Source: a virus
Virus record (IMG/VR): IMGVR_UViG_3300019926_000104
Coordinates: 1-57,981 of that record
Strand: one strand, 5' to 3'
Length of the DNA stretch: 57,981 bases
In this document: piece by piece, positions 36,501 to 44,608 of the stretch
How positions within the stretch are numbered: the stretch's first letter is position 1
Layout of the letters: the number at the start of each line of letters is the position of its first letter
Program-made: the position numbers and the translations under genes
Notes under the pieces: generated by a model
Databases searched by the model: none
The model's input: only the letters and a program-made list of their open reading frames with translations
What the model was told of the DNA's origin: nothing

Positions 36501-36773
36501 TTAGGAGTAATCGAAAAAGCGAGACGACTTCTTGGCTGCATCAAACACAGTCAGTTTCATATTGTTCTTCTTGGCAAGGCTCTTCGCCCGTGACATGGCA
36601 TCTCGCTTGCTGGTGGCTGTTTCAACAGTGTTCGCACCTTGCTCACGATAGCCCTTTACGATCTTCCAGCCGCCAGGGTCGGCGTTTGGTGTTCGCTGCC
36701 TGTTCTGTGGCACAACGAAATACTCTTTCTCTCGATTGCTTGAACTAGTCCCGAAGTTGGCTCCAAGTCCCAT
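36501..36773 (-). CDS. DUF2188-like protein
   Basis: YFVVPQ ... GGWKIVKGY ... SKRDAMSRAKSLAKKNN ... LTVFD. Confidence 0.55.
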   Translation of the reverse strand: MGLGANFGTSSSNREKEYFVVPQNRQRTPNADPGGWKIVKGYREQGANTVETATSKRDAMSRAKSLAKKNNMKLTVFDAAKKSSRFFDYS

Positions 36774-36812
36774 ACACAGGGATTGGTGGGCTTCTGCAAA
36801 AAGTTTTGGCTG

Positions 36813-37562
36813 TTAGAGGTACTGCGCCATAGTCTGCTGTGCTTGGGACTCATGCCGCATTGTAATGGAATCGCACAAAGTAAGGGCAAGATGCTTACTC
36901 AAGTCCGACCGGACAATTCTACTTCCCTCGCCCGTTCTAATCTCGTAATCCTGCTGTGTGAGGTTCGTATCATAGATTTTCCCATTTATAGCACACTGTT
37001 CCGGCGTGCTACAGTCGATAGATTGCACCATACCAGGATTCCGGGCAAGGTAGTCCATCAGTTTTGGATTCGCCCCAACACCGAGAAGATGGACATACGG
37101 CCCACTACCCACACTGTCCCTGAATTTCTGAATTGCGTCTATAATCTCATCAGACTGCCACCCGAAGGCCATACCACCCAAGAGATAGTGATAGTGACCG
37201 GGCAAATCATTGTAGTGCTCATGATGTGGCGGTTGGAGTGGAACCAAGGGCGTAGCTCGGCAGGAATGGTCTTCCCACTCTGTTAGAAACGCTTTGACCG
37301 AGGGCGTAGTAGCGTCTTGATCGTGTAGAAAGTCTTTCCCGACGACCATATCTGCATCGTGCTTGTCTGCTAAGTCCAGTACGTCCGTATTCGATACATC
37401 TGGGTTCTTGATTCCAGAGTCCATAATGAGCACGTCGGCAGAGTCGGCTATTTCTTGTGAGACGTGTTCGGGTTTGACTAGTTTGTATGGATACTCATAG
37501 GGCATGTTTGAGGCTACATACACGTCAATTGGACACTTATCTACTCGTGGGTGCTTCGACAT
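36813..37562 (-). CDS. dpdA: DpdA / tRNA-guanine-transglycosylase-like DNA-guanine transglycosylase
   Basis: LIMDSGI (DSG), YLLGGMA, HLLGVGANP, SIDCSTPEQCAINGKIY match the TGT signatures (DSGG, GG, LxGxGxP, FDCxxPTRxAxxG). Confidence 0.65.
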   Translation of the reverse strand: MSKHPRVDKCPIDVYVASNMPYEYPYKLVKPEHVSQEIADSADVLIMDSGIKNPDVSNTDVLDLADKHDADMVVGKDFLHDQDATTPSVKAFLTEWEDHSCRATPLVPLQPPHHEHYNDLPGHYHYLLGGMAFGWQSDEIIDAIQKFRDSVGSGPYVHLLGVGANPKLMDYLARNPGMVQSIDCSTPEQCAINGKIYDTNLTQQDYEIRTGEGSRIVRSDLSKHLALTLCDSITMRHESQAQQTMAQYL

Positions 37563-37600
37563 AATCTTGTTCTAATGTTGTGCTTGTGGTTACTTCAGCT

Positions 37601-38104
37601 TTACTTGAACGAACCCAACGAACTGTTTTCAAGAGCCGCTGTTTTCTCTGTGAGTGTCGCTTTCCGCTGTCCAATGCCCTCACCACGGCAGAGTTCTACA
37701 ACGTCGATACCCTGCCGTTCTAATGCCGGAGTGAGTGGGTTGGTGTACTTCTTGCCCGCGATAACTTCCACGACATTCACCCGCTGTGCGGACAGTTCAA
37801 GCGCGATAGACTCAGCCTGTGATTCCGATAGGCCAAACTCATTGTACGGTTCTATCTTATCCTCTGGATGCAATAGCCCGTGTTTGGCAGAGAGAATACG
37901 GTACTTAAGCCCGGTTGCCTCTGCATAGGCTTTCATCTTACAGAAGTAATCAGATTCATCGTAGAGGTTCTTTGCACGAGCTGGTGAATCGCGTTTTGAG
38001 TTCGTGCATTGAATCAAAACGTATTTTGTGGGATTGATGATTTGCCCCTGTTCGCCTAATCGCTTTTTGGGCATACTGCTAAGGCCCTCTGGTGGTTCGC
38101 TCAT
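37601..38104 (-). CDS. DUF6884-like protein of unknown function
   Basis: IQCTNSKR ... PARAKNLY ... YRILSAKHGLLHPEDKIEPYNE; alternative GTG start at 38110. Confidence 0.55.
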   Translation of the reverse strand: MSEPPEGLSSMPKKRLGEQGQIINPTKYVLIQCTNSKRDSPARAKNLYDESDYFCKMKAYAEATGLKYRILSAKHGLLHPEDKIEPYNEFGLSESQAESIALELSAQRVNVVEVIAGKKYTNPLTPALERQGIDVVELCRGEGIGQRKATLTEKTAALENSSLGSFK

Positions 38105-38106
38105 TG

Positions 38107-38916
38107 TCACTCCGGCTTGATACGCGGGGCAAGCATGATTTCGCCGTGGTACGTATCATCCCGCTCGAACTCTGCGAACAGTGGGAACTCTTCATCCCAC
38201 CGGAGCGTTAGATCATCGACGTAGCCCACAGACAGGGCCTTCTTCATGTCGTTGACGTAGCCCATGCTGAAATACGTATACTCTGCCACTTCCGTGGGCG
38301 TCACGTCCAATTCAGCCGCTCGTTCCTGAATGTCCGTTTCCTGCTTGAGAACAAGACTCTCAGGCCGAGCGCCAAGTTTGATGTGTTCGGCCCCGTCGCC
38401 AAGTGCATCAAGCACATCAATCAGGGCCTTCGGTGCAAGGTCCGCCGACACATCCAGGTCTAACTCCGGCCACTCTGGTTCTTCGCGGATTGCATCAGGA
38501 TCAATTAGTTCGCTCCGTTCGGACAGGGTAACAGCACAGTCTTCAAATTCCCTGTCAACCTCAGATTCCATCGTTCGGGAATCCGCGCTAATCGTAATTG
38601 CATCGTCACTGGATTTGCCATAGCGTGCGTGTTGGAGTACAGACCCCAACGTTCGGCTGTTGACGCCAATGGTCGTTTCCTCTTTCAGTTCGTAACTCTC
38701 GAAAGCGTCCGCTGGCAGAGTGGCATTGATACCAATCACGTTGGCCGTATCAACACAACTAACCTGAATCCCCTCAGAATCAAAGTGTAGCCGGTATTCG
38801 GCGGCTATCTGATCCAGCATTCGCTTGAACGGACGAATAACCCGCCCGGTCGTTTCGATTTCCACTTGTTCGGTTAGCTGTTCTCCGAAAATCGTCTGCT
38901 GTTGGGCTTCGCTCAT
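38107..38916 (-). CDS. pcn: PCNA sliding clamp
   Basis: 269 aa with a two-domain clamp-like pattern and C-terminal ...IMLAPRIKPE. Confidence 0.8.
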   Translation of the reverse strand: MSEAQQQTIFGEQLTEQVEIETTGRVIRPFKRMLDQIAAEYRLHFDSEGIQVSCVDTANVIGINATLPADAFESYELKEETTIGVNSRTLGSVLQHARYGKSSDDAITISADSRTMESEVDREFEDCAVTLSERSELIDPDAIREEPEWPELDLDVSADLAPKALIDVLDALGDGAEHIKLGARPESLVLKQETDIQERAAELDVTPTEVAEYTYFSMGYVNDMKKALSVGYVDDLTLRWDEEFPLFAEFERDDTYHGEIMLAPRIKPE

Positions 38917-39038
38917 TCCATGTCCTCCTTGATGAGTGTTTGAACGGCTTGGCTCAGGTTGTCCACATCCTGTGCTTCTACTTTGTCGTTTAGGTGCTGG
39001 TACTGCTCTTCTGGCAGGTATAGGGTTTCCGTTGGCAT
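38913..39038 (-). CDS. RHH microprotein (41 aa), first gene of the PCNA-DpdA operon
   Basis: TLYLPEEQYQHLNDKVE ... LSQAVQTLIKE; ATGA overlap with PCNA. Confidence 0.4.
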   Translation of the reverse strand: MPTETLYLPEEQYQHLNDKVEAQDVDNLSQAVQTLIKEDME

Positions 39039-39213
39039 ACTACATACATACAGTATACACACAGTGGCAAAAGTGTTGTGGGACGTTTTGGTTTCACTTT
39101 CACTACGGTAGGCCAACCACTAATATACGGGCGTTCGTGGTATAGAATCCGCTGATTAGGGCCAGCGGGACACAAGCACATTTCTAACAGAGTGTTCTGG
39201 CAGAAGATTTCGG

Positions 39214-40509
39214 TCAACCCGCCCTTTCATGAACAGTATACCAGTCTCCGCATACACCACATGATGTGCCCCTTTGGATTTCGCCTTCATGCCTTGGCGT
39301 GTGCGATTCAACGTTTCCACAGTGTGGGCACTGGTGAGTTTCTTTTACACCAGCATCCAGTTTGCCAGATTGGTGAGCCGCTTTCAACTCTTTATGATAC
39401 GATGTATTATCACCGGAAGTGAGCCAATCCGTGAAAGGTATCTTTCTGGTCAAAGACAGTGTGTTATTATTGCCCTCTGGCGTATAATCAGGCATCGGTT
39501 CAGAAAACCGCTTTTGCCATTCTGAGGACCGCCATTTTTCTTTTCGTGTTTCAACGAACCAGTGTATGGGAAATTTTGCCTCTACCTCTGAGAAGTCCCA
39601 TAGGGGTGTGTAATCATCACTTTCGTCGAACAATTCTTTCCAGTCCTGATCGCGCCAGATTTCTTGAGCTTGTTCATCGTACCACTCGTTAGGAAGTATG
39701 GCATTTACCTCTGGCTCACCCAATTCAGCCTGGCTATTTTCAATATATCTCTCAGATTCCCATTTGGCCCCATTATGCACTGGCTGATTCACACAGCCGC
39801 GTTCGATTATTTGGTTCCACGGCGTCGTTTTCCAGATTTCTTGGGCTTTTTCGTCACACCACTCCGAGGGCAGTGTGGCTGGCGCACCGGATTTTGATAA
39901 GCCCATATTCCACGCCTCTACCCACTTTTTCTTAATCTCAAAATAACCACGGTCGCGCCATGTCTTATGCTTAGGGACTACAGTGGGCCATATCGGACAT
40001 ACTTTACCACCAAACAGGTTTACGTCACTGTCGTTTTCGCTAAACTGTTCACGCCAAAGCCAGACGGTCGAATAGTTTTCTTTGGCGTAGTTCTCTGTCG
40101 TAGCTTCCTTGTCTTTTCCTTTGTTTTCGTGTTGATATTCTATTGCTATCCCAACACCGTACCTTGGGTGTCCGTCTGTGAATTTAATATATGCGTCTGC
40201 AATCCTACCTCCAATCTTCTTTTCTATTCCCCACTCAGAACAGTCAAATTCAACTAATGCCTTGGATAGTGCTACCTCCTTCCTGTGTTCATGTATATCA
40301 GACTCTCCGCCAGATGCAGTGCAGTTAGTTCTATTCCCGTTTGGATTATGGCTAAAGTGTCTTGGTGTGAAAAACCCCTTATCCGTCTCGTATTCTTCTA
40401 CTAAGTGCATTTCGTGTTCCTTTGGTACGCACTTCAGTTGCCCCGATACAGGTTTCTCAATGTCAAAGGGGCGGACAACCTCGCCGTTTAATAAAGCTCT
40501 ATCAGCCAT
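39214..40509 (-). CDS. CoiA-like PD-(D/E)xK nuclease domain, three Trp-rich repeats and a C-terminal zinc ribbon
   Basis: ESDIHEHRKE ... RIADAYI ... IAIEYQHENK; repeats LPSEW..E.AQEIW at aa 209-337; CPHCG ... CGVCG. Confidence 0.6.
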   Translation of the reverse strand: MADRALLNGEVVRPFDIEKPVSGQLKCVPKEHEMHLVEEYETDKGFFTPRHFSHNPNGNRTNCTASGGESDIHEHRKEVALSKALVEFDCSEWGIEKKIGGRIADAYIKFTDGHPRYGVGIAIEYQHENKGKDKEATTENYAKENYSTVWLWREQFSENDSDVNLFGGKVCPIWPTVVPKHKTWRDRGYFEIKKKWVEAWNMGLSKSGAPATLPSEWCDEKAQEIWKTTPWNQIIERGCVNQPVHNGAKWESERYIENSQAELGEPEVNAILPNEWYDEQAQEIWRDQDWKELFDESDDYTPLWDFSEVEAKFPIHWFVETRKEKWRSSEWQKRFSEPMPDYTPEGNNNTLSLTRKIPFTDWLTSGDNTSYHKELKAAHQSGKLDAGVKETHQCPHCGNVESHTPRHEGEIQRGTSCGVCGDWYTVHERAG

Positions 40510-40563
40510 GCTTACTGTTGTGGAAATTGGCGTTCGTACAGGCTAGTCATAATGTATTGAATA

Positions 40564-40710
40564 TCACTCACTGCTATCTTCCCATTCGCTGCACAGGCGG
40601 TCTACAACGACACCATACGGTACTTCACTTGATCCAAACATCTGTTCTCTTGTGTCTTTGAGTTTTGAAATCTCGTTGTCGGACAACACTATGGTATTCT
40701 CGCGGGCCAT
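40564..40710 (-). CDS. VapB-like RHH microprotein (48 aa)
   Basis: TIVLSDNEISKLKDTREQMFGSSEVPYGVVVDRL. Confidence 0.35.
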   Translation of the reverse strand: MARENTIVLSDNEISKLKDTREQMFGSSEVPYGVVVDRLCSEWEDSSE

Positions 40711-40849
40711 ATGCACTATTACACGCACACCACATACAAAAGCCCTTTGTAACTATGGTGTTATTGTGCAAATGCTGTGGTAGTCATGACCGAATTAGAA
40801 CACAAACCCTGCTGCACAGCGATAAGGTGTTTCTAAGAGGCTTCAAACC

Positions 40850-41131
40850 ATGAGTGAGCAATCATACGTGACTGTGCCGTGTATCGACTGTGGCGAACCA
40901 GTGATTACTGAGCGACCGTCACATTCCGAGTGTCCCGAATTTGCAGGCCACTCACCAAACGCAGAGTACGGTGAGGGTGGCGTGCCTGTGGATGAAATCA
41001 AGCCCCTGATTAACCAAATGACGCGCCGAAAGAAGGTGCTTGAAGGAGATAACGAACACGCCGTAGAGCTACTGACACACTGTATCAACTCACTAGAGAA
41101 CACTGTTGAAAAGCATAGCGACGGCGTATGA
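40850..41131 (+). CDS. Zinc-binding protein
   Basis: CIDCG ... HSEC. Confidence 0.55.
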   Translation: MSEQSYVTVPCIDCGEPVITERPSHSECPEFAGHSPNAEYGEGGVPVDEIKPLINQMTRRKKVLEGDNEHAVELLTHCINSLENTVEKHSDGV

Positions 41132-41168
41132 GATATTATTAGGCTTCAATCACGCCTTTGACACACGT

Positions 41169-41214
41169 TCTTACCAAACAATTAAGCCCATTGCCTTAGA
41201 AGTGTTTGGTAAGA
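41169..41214. promoter_or_regulatory. Inverted repeat TCTTACCAAAC-N24-GTTTGGTAAGA abutting ATG 41214 (copy 1)
   Basis: 11-bp perfect arms. The right arm lies within a 19-nt direct repeat that recurs at 41572..41590. Confidence 0.55.
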
Positions 41215-41540
41215 TGGTGAAGCCAACCCCATCCGATACGATACCGAAATACGTAGCCGAGGGAATCGCCAGACAAGATACCGACACACTGCATGCTATT
41301 ATCCAGTATTGCGAGCGGTTGATAGACCACTACAATCAAGAAGTAGACGAAAGCGAGCTAGCCGGAGAAAATGAAGAAGTGGTCGACGTAGAGGAAACAG
41401 AGGGTGGCGCGGTCGTTATCAAGAAAGTCCCCTGCGGCAAAGAGAGTTGTTCAACCTGTCCACATGGTCCGTACAAGTACCTCGTAACCCGTGAAGGAGA
41501 ATCGTTGAATTGGGAGTACAAAGGCGCGACCGAACAATAG
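41214..41540 (+). CDS. Protein with a C-terminal CGKxxCxxCPHGPYxY motif
   Basis: VPCGKESCSTCPHGPYKYLVTREG. The start is chosen at the ATG that abuts the inverted repeat. Confidence 0.5.
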   Translation: MVKPTPSDTIPKYVAEGIARQDTDTLHAIIQYCERLIDHYNQEVDESELAGENEEVVDVEETEGGAVVIKKVPCGKESCSTCPHGPYKYLVTREGESLNWEYKGATEQ

Positions 41541-41544
41541 CCAC

Positions 41545-41590
41545 TCTTACCTAACAAACAGACGGGTTTCGTTAGAAGTGTTTGGTAAGA
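41545..41590. promoter_or_regulatory. Imperfect second copy of the 41169..41214 inverted-repeat element
   Basis: TCTTACC(taac)AAAC ... TTAGAAGTGTTTGGTAAGA, with a 19-nt exact match to copy 1. Confidence 0.5.
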
Positions 41591-41714
41591 CTGTAGAGGG
41601 GGAACGGCCAGGGAAGCATTAATATAGGCTAATTCTCATACCCTTATAGTTGGTAACTACATTTATATGAGACAATAATCAGGGTCGAATGTGTCCCTCT
41701 CAAAACAAGACGAA

Positions 41715-41864
41715 ATGAAACACCGATACCCCGCACACAGTGAGATATTAGGGCCAGAACAGGACGTACTAATCATCTCCAAAGGGAAAGATTACGTCGC
41801 CCATCCAGAACTCGTCTATATCACCTGTGAAAACGGGTGGGTGGACCTACAGGATTGGCGCTAA
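41715..41864 (+). CDS. Hypothetical microprotein (49 aa)
   Basis: Only ORF in this gap; converges on the RelE-like gene with a 4-nt overlap. Confidence 0.25.
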   Translation: MKHRYPAHSEILGPEQDVLIISKGKDYVAHPELVYITCENGWVDLQDWR

Positions 41865-42187
41865 AGATTCCCTCTGCTTTTCGCTACAGAGAGCTTATCG
41901 TACACTCTTGATCTTGTTCCCACGACAAGCACCTGTATAGCCGGTCGGGAACACTGGCAGATAGCTCGGTAGCCGTCGACACGCACGCGGAACAACTGTT
42001 GATGATCCTCAAGGTGTTCGACGTATGGGGCCTGTGTCGGTTCCTCGTAATACCGAAGTTGTTTCAGTCGGGCGGTTAATTCATCACCTGCGTCCCCGGT
42101 GACGCTTCCAAGCTCTCTTTCAGCCGCTCGGTGGATTACGACGTTCCAACTTGCTTCGGTTTGTGAATCAGTCGCCATATTCCCCAC
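41861..42187 (-). CDS. relE: RelE/ParE-family toxin
   Basis: LFRVRVDGYRAICQC ... IQVLVVGTRSRVYD; alternative start at 42178. Confidence 0.65.
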   Translation of the reverse strand: MGNMATDSQTEASWNVVIHRAAERELGSVTGDAGDELTARLKQLRYYEEPTQAPYVEHLEDHQQLFRVRVDGYRAICQCSRPAIQVLVVGTRSRVYDKLSVAKSRGNL

Positions 42188-42356
42188 CCGTTCTGAATGA
42201 GGCGTCTTCTACCTCTGTCGTTTCCAGGCGTTCAACGTCAACACTGATACCGTGTTCAAACTCTGCCTTCTGACAGAGCTTATTCAGAGTGTTGAACAGT
42301 TCTTCGGCGGCTTGGTTCCCCTCCGATTCAATTGTTACGCGGAACTCTCGTTTCAT
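42168..42356 (-). CDS. Candidate antitoxin partner of the RelE-like toxin (MKREFRVTI family, copy 1)
   Basis: Overlaps the toxin start; acidic C-terminus. Confidence 0.5.
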   Translation of the reverse strand: MKREFRVTIESEGNQAAEELFNTLNKLCQKAEFEHGISVDVERLETTEVEDASFRTGGEYGD

Positions 42357-42508
42357 GCGTTTATCAACCCCAACACACCAGTAACTAGGCCATAACCACC
42401 AGACTTAGGAGGTTTGAAGCCCTTATATTTGGTTGTAGTGCGGTCATAAAGACATAACATACGCACAAGCGATTCGGCGTCTATCGTGACTCTAAATTCT
42501 CGTTTCAT
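42353..42508 (-). CDS. MKREFRVTI-family microprotein (copy 2, 51 aa)
   Basis: The first 9 codons encode the same peptide as copy 1 using six synonymous differences; ATGA overlaps. Confidence 0.4.
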   Translation of the reverse strand: MKREFRVTIDAESLVRMLCLYDRTTTKYKGFKPPKSGGYGLVTGVLGLINA

Positions 42509-42687
42509 GACCCGTACTCCCGTAGTTTGTACTGTTCGTGTTCTGCCGGTTCGATACCACGAATATCCCGCAACTGTTCACACCCAGAACAGTATTTCGC
42601 TTGGAGTTGGTCGCCGTCGAAGTGCGTAACCACTCCGCTTGTCTCTTCCCCGCAGCCGTCACACCGTGGATTCTCTGGCATGGTCAC
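42505..42687 (-). CDS. Small zinc-ribbon protein
   Basis: CDGCG ... CSGC. Confidence 0.5.
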   Translation of the reverse strand: MTMPENPRCDGCGEETSGVVTHFDGDQLQAKYCSGCEQLRDIRGIEPAEHEQYKLREYGS

Positions 42688-43061
42688 ACCAAGGTAGCCT
42701 GATCGTCTGGCATCTCCGTTCCCCGGAGTTCCTTCACTCGTTCTGTGTGCTTACAGTCGCCCACCTTCGCGCCTATCTCTTGGTCGTAAGCATGGTGATA
42801 CCACCCGCTACAGCCACAGACAGCCGTTTCTTTGCGTTCCTGATTCACCACGTCTACCTCGTCCAATGGGGCCGTCAAATGGCTAACAACGGCCAAGAGA
42901 TACCCACTGGATTCGTCCGACCCATGCCGGATAGTTCCCACACTGTAGAGTTCTTCAACGTCCAGTTTGAGGTTTCGAGAGCGTAGGACGTTCAAAAACT
43001 CATGGTCGAAACTCACAGTGGTATGTTCCCGATCTACAGGGACGGCGTAGGTTTGGCTCAT
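42684..43061 (-). CDS. SWIM-type zinc-finger protein
   Basis: CGCSGWYHHAYDQEIGAKVGDCKH fits CxCxnCxH. Confidence 0.55.
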   Translation of the reverse strand: MSQTYAVPVDREHTTVSFDHEFLNVLRSRNLKLDVEELYSVGTIRHGSDESSGYLLAVVSHLTAPLDEVDVVNQERKETAVCGCSGWYHHAYDQEIGAKVGDCKHTERVKELRGTEMPDDQATLV

Positions 43062-43459
43062 GCAATATGCACCTCGTTGCCGACGACATGCTCAATGAAC
43101 CGTAGCAGTTCATCTGGGGCCTTGCCCTTTTGTTCGATAGTCCCAGCAATGGCCCGGAAGAAGTACCGTTCATAGTCCGGCAACTCTTCAATACGCTCTG
43201 CTGGAACACCACGGGTATCCTGCCCGATAGCGCCACGGATAACCTCTTTCAGCAGGTCGCTTGGTTCCTTGCCAGAGTATTCTTCATCGTCGTGGTCTGT
43301 AGAGAGCCACATTCCCTTTCCGCCAGTACGGTCGTAAATGCAAACACCAGTACTGTCGTTGATGTTCATCCAGAACGAGAACAACGGCGTTCCGTTTTCA
43401 TCTTCCCCGTAACGGTAGAAACGCCAAGATTCGGGTTCGTGATGTTCAAGCAGGCTCAT
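43058..43459 (-). CDS. Hypothetical acidic protein
   Basis: 133-aa ORF. Confidence 0.6.
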   Translation of the reverse strand: MSLLEHHEPESWRFYRYGEDENGTPLFSFWMNINDSTGVCIYDRTGGKGMWLSTDHDDEEYSGKEPSDLLKEVIRGAIGQDTRGVPAERIEELPDYERYFFRAIAGTIEQKGKAPDELLRFIEHVVGNEVHIA

Positions 43460-43581
43460 TCGTTACTCTCCTTTGGCATGATAGTTACTGGATCAGTTTT
43501 CATACCACCACGGGAAAGCACATCACGAATATCCGATGCATCAACACTATCGCTGTCAATGCTCAGGATGAACTCTCTCAT
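43456..43581 (-). CDS. Microprotein (41 aa)
   Basis: ATGA overlaps at both ends. Confidence 0.3.
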   Translation of the reverse strand: MREFILSIDSDSVDASDIRDVLSRGGMKTDPVTIMPKESNE

Positions 43582-43766
43582 TCTTCTTGCCACCCCTCCA
43601 AGTCGTCTGCATCAATCGTGGTTAGTTCATCAGCACAGGCAGCCTCTTCATGCATATCCTGTGCCCTTTTCTGTAGGATAGCTTCAAGGCTTTTGTACTC
43701 TACCTTGTCGCCAAACCGATCAATAGCACGGTCTATCTTTCGCATAAACTTCTTTTCGTCGTTCAT
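43578..43766 (-). CDS. Hypothetical acidic microprotein (62 aa)
   Basis: Internal ATG at 43766. The upstream extension of the ORF is Arg-rich and unlikely to be coding. Confidence 0.45.
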   Translation of the reverse strand: MNDEKKFMRKIDRAIDRFGDKVEYKSLEAILQKRAQDMHEEAACADELTTIDADDLEGWQEE

Positions 43767-43891
43767 CGTTTCACCCGAACTGGATTCTCGATGTGGATAT
43801 GAGCACGTCCGTCCGTGACTAACCAGCCGGTCCCGGTTTCGTGCCACATGGGTTCGTCTGGCCCTTCTTGGGTAGTTTGCTCGTGCATCAT
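43763..43891 (-). CDS. Microprotein (42 aa)
   Basis: ATGA overlap with the downstream gene. Confidence 0.3.
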   Translation of the reverse strand: MMHEQTTQEGPDEPMWHETGTGWLVTDGRAHIHIENPVRVKR

Positions 43892-43894
43892 AGT

Positions 43895-44608
43895 TCATTC
43901 TTCAAGTTCTGACACCGCGAGCGCCCCGGCGCTGGTTAGGTCACTGATTGCACGGTTCTTAGCGCGTGTGTCGGCGTACCTCACAAATTCGTTATCGGAC
44001 ACGTCCCTTTCAGATTGGTAGCCTTCACCGTGTGCCTCTGCTGAATAGCCACCGGGAAGCTCCGCTTTGGCCCACACAACACAGCCGAGCGGATCATCCG
44101 ACCATTTGACAACCTCGCTTTCGGTGCTAATCTCAAACTCTCGCTGGATGAATCGAAAGCCCTGTTTGCTGATAGCCGGTGTTCCCTTGATCGTGTTCAC
44201 AAAGTCACTGTTGACCGACCGAAGGAACCCAATAGGGTCTTTGGAGAGTTCTTCGGGGTTGGTTGGCTTTGCTTCCACTACTTCTGGCTCTTCCACAACG
44301 TCCGGTTCTGGTTCGGACTCTACAACCTCCGGTTCTTCCACAACTTCTGGTTCCTGTGGTTCCTCTTCGGTGTCTTCGGTGTCTTCGGACTGTTCTTCTA
44401 TCTTGTCCTGCTGTTCCATCATCGAAGATTGGCGGTTCTCCCCGTTGGTCTTGGGCTTGCCACCGTCCGACTCAGACGGCCCGTGAGCCTCATAGTCTAC
44501 ATCATTCTCGTCTAGGAGGGCCTGCATGTCCCGCCACGCCGTTTCATCTTCAAACGTTTTCTCTTCGCCGTCTCGAACAATCACGAACTGCTGTTGTGTT
44601 TTACTCAT
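43895..44608 (-). CDS. Possible Rad52/Sak-like single-strand annealing protein with an acidic PE-repeat linker
   Basis: C-terminal AEAHGEGYQSERDV ... YADTRAKNRAISDL resembles the Rad52-type SSAP signature. Central EPEVVE repeats. Confidence 0.4.
   Translation of the reverse strand: MSKTQQQFVIVRDGEEKTFEDETAWRDMQALLDENDVDYEAHGPSESDGGKPKTNGENRQSSMMEQQDKIEEQSEDTEDTEEEPQEPEVVEEPEVVESEPEPDVVEEPEVVEAKPTNPEELSKDPIGFLRSVNSDFVNTIKGTPAISKQGFRFIQREFEISTESEVVKWSDDPLGCVVWAKAELPGGYSAEAHGEGYQSERDVSDNEFVRYADTRAKNRAISDLTSAGALAVSELEE

Noticed and set aside
71-41855. The recurring 8-mer CCTACAGG (71, 20104 and 41848) as a shared site
   Set aside because: Three hits are close to the chance expectation for an 8-mer in 58 kb on both strands, and two of them are inside coding sequence.
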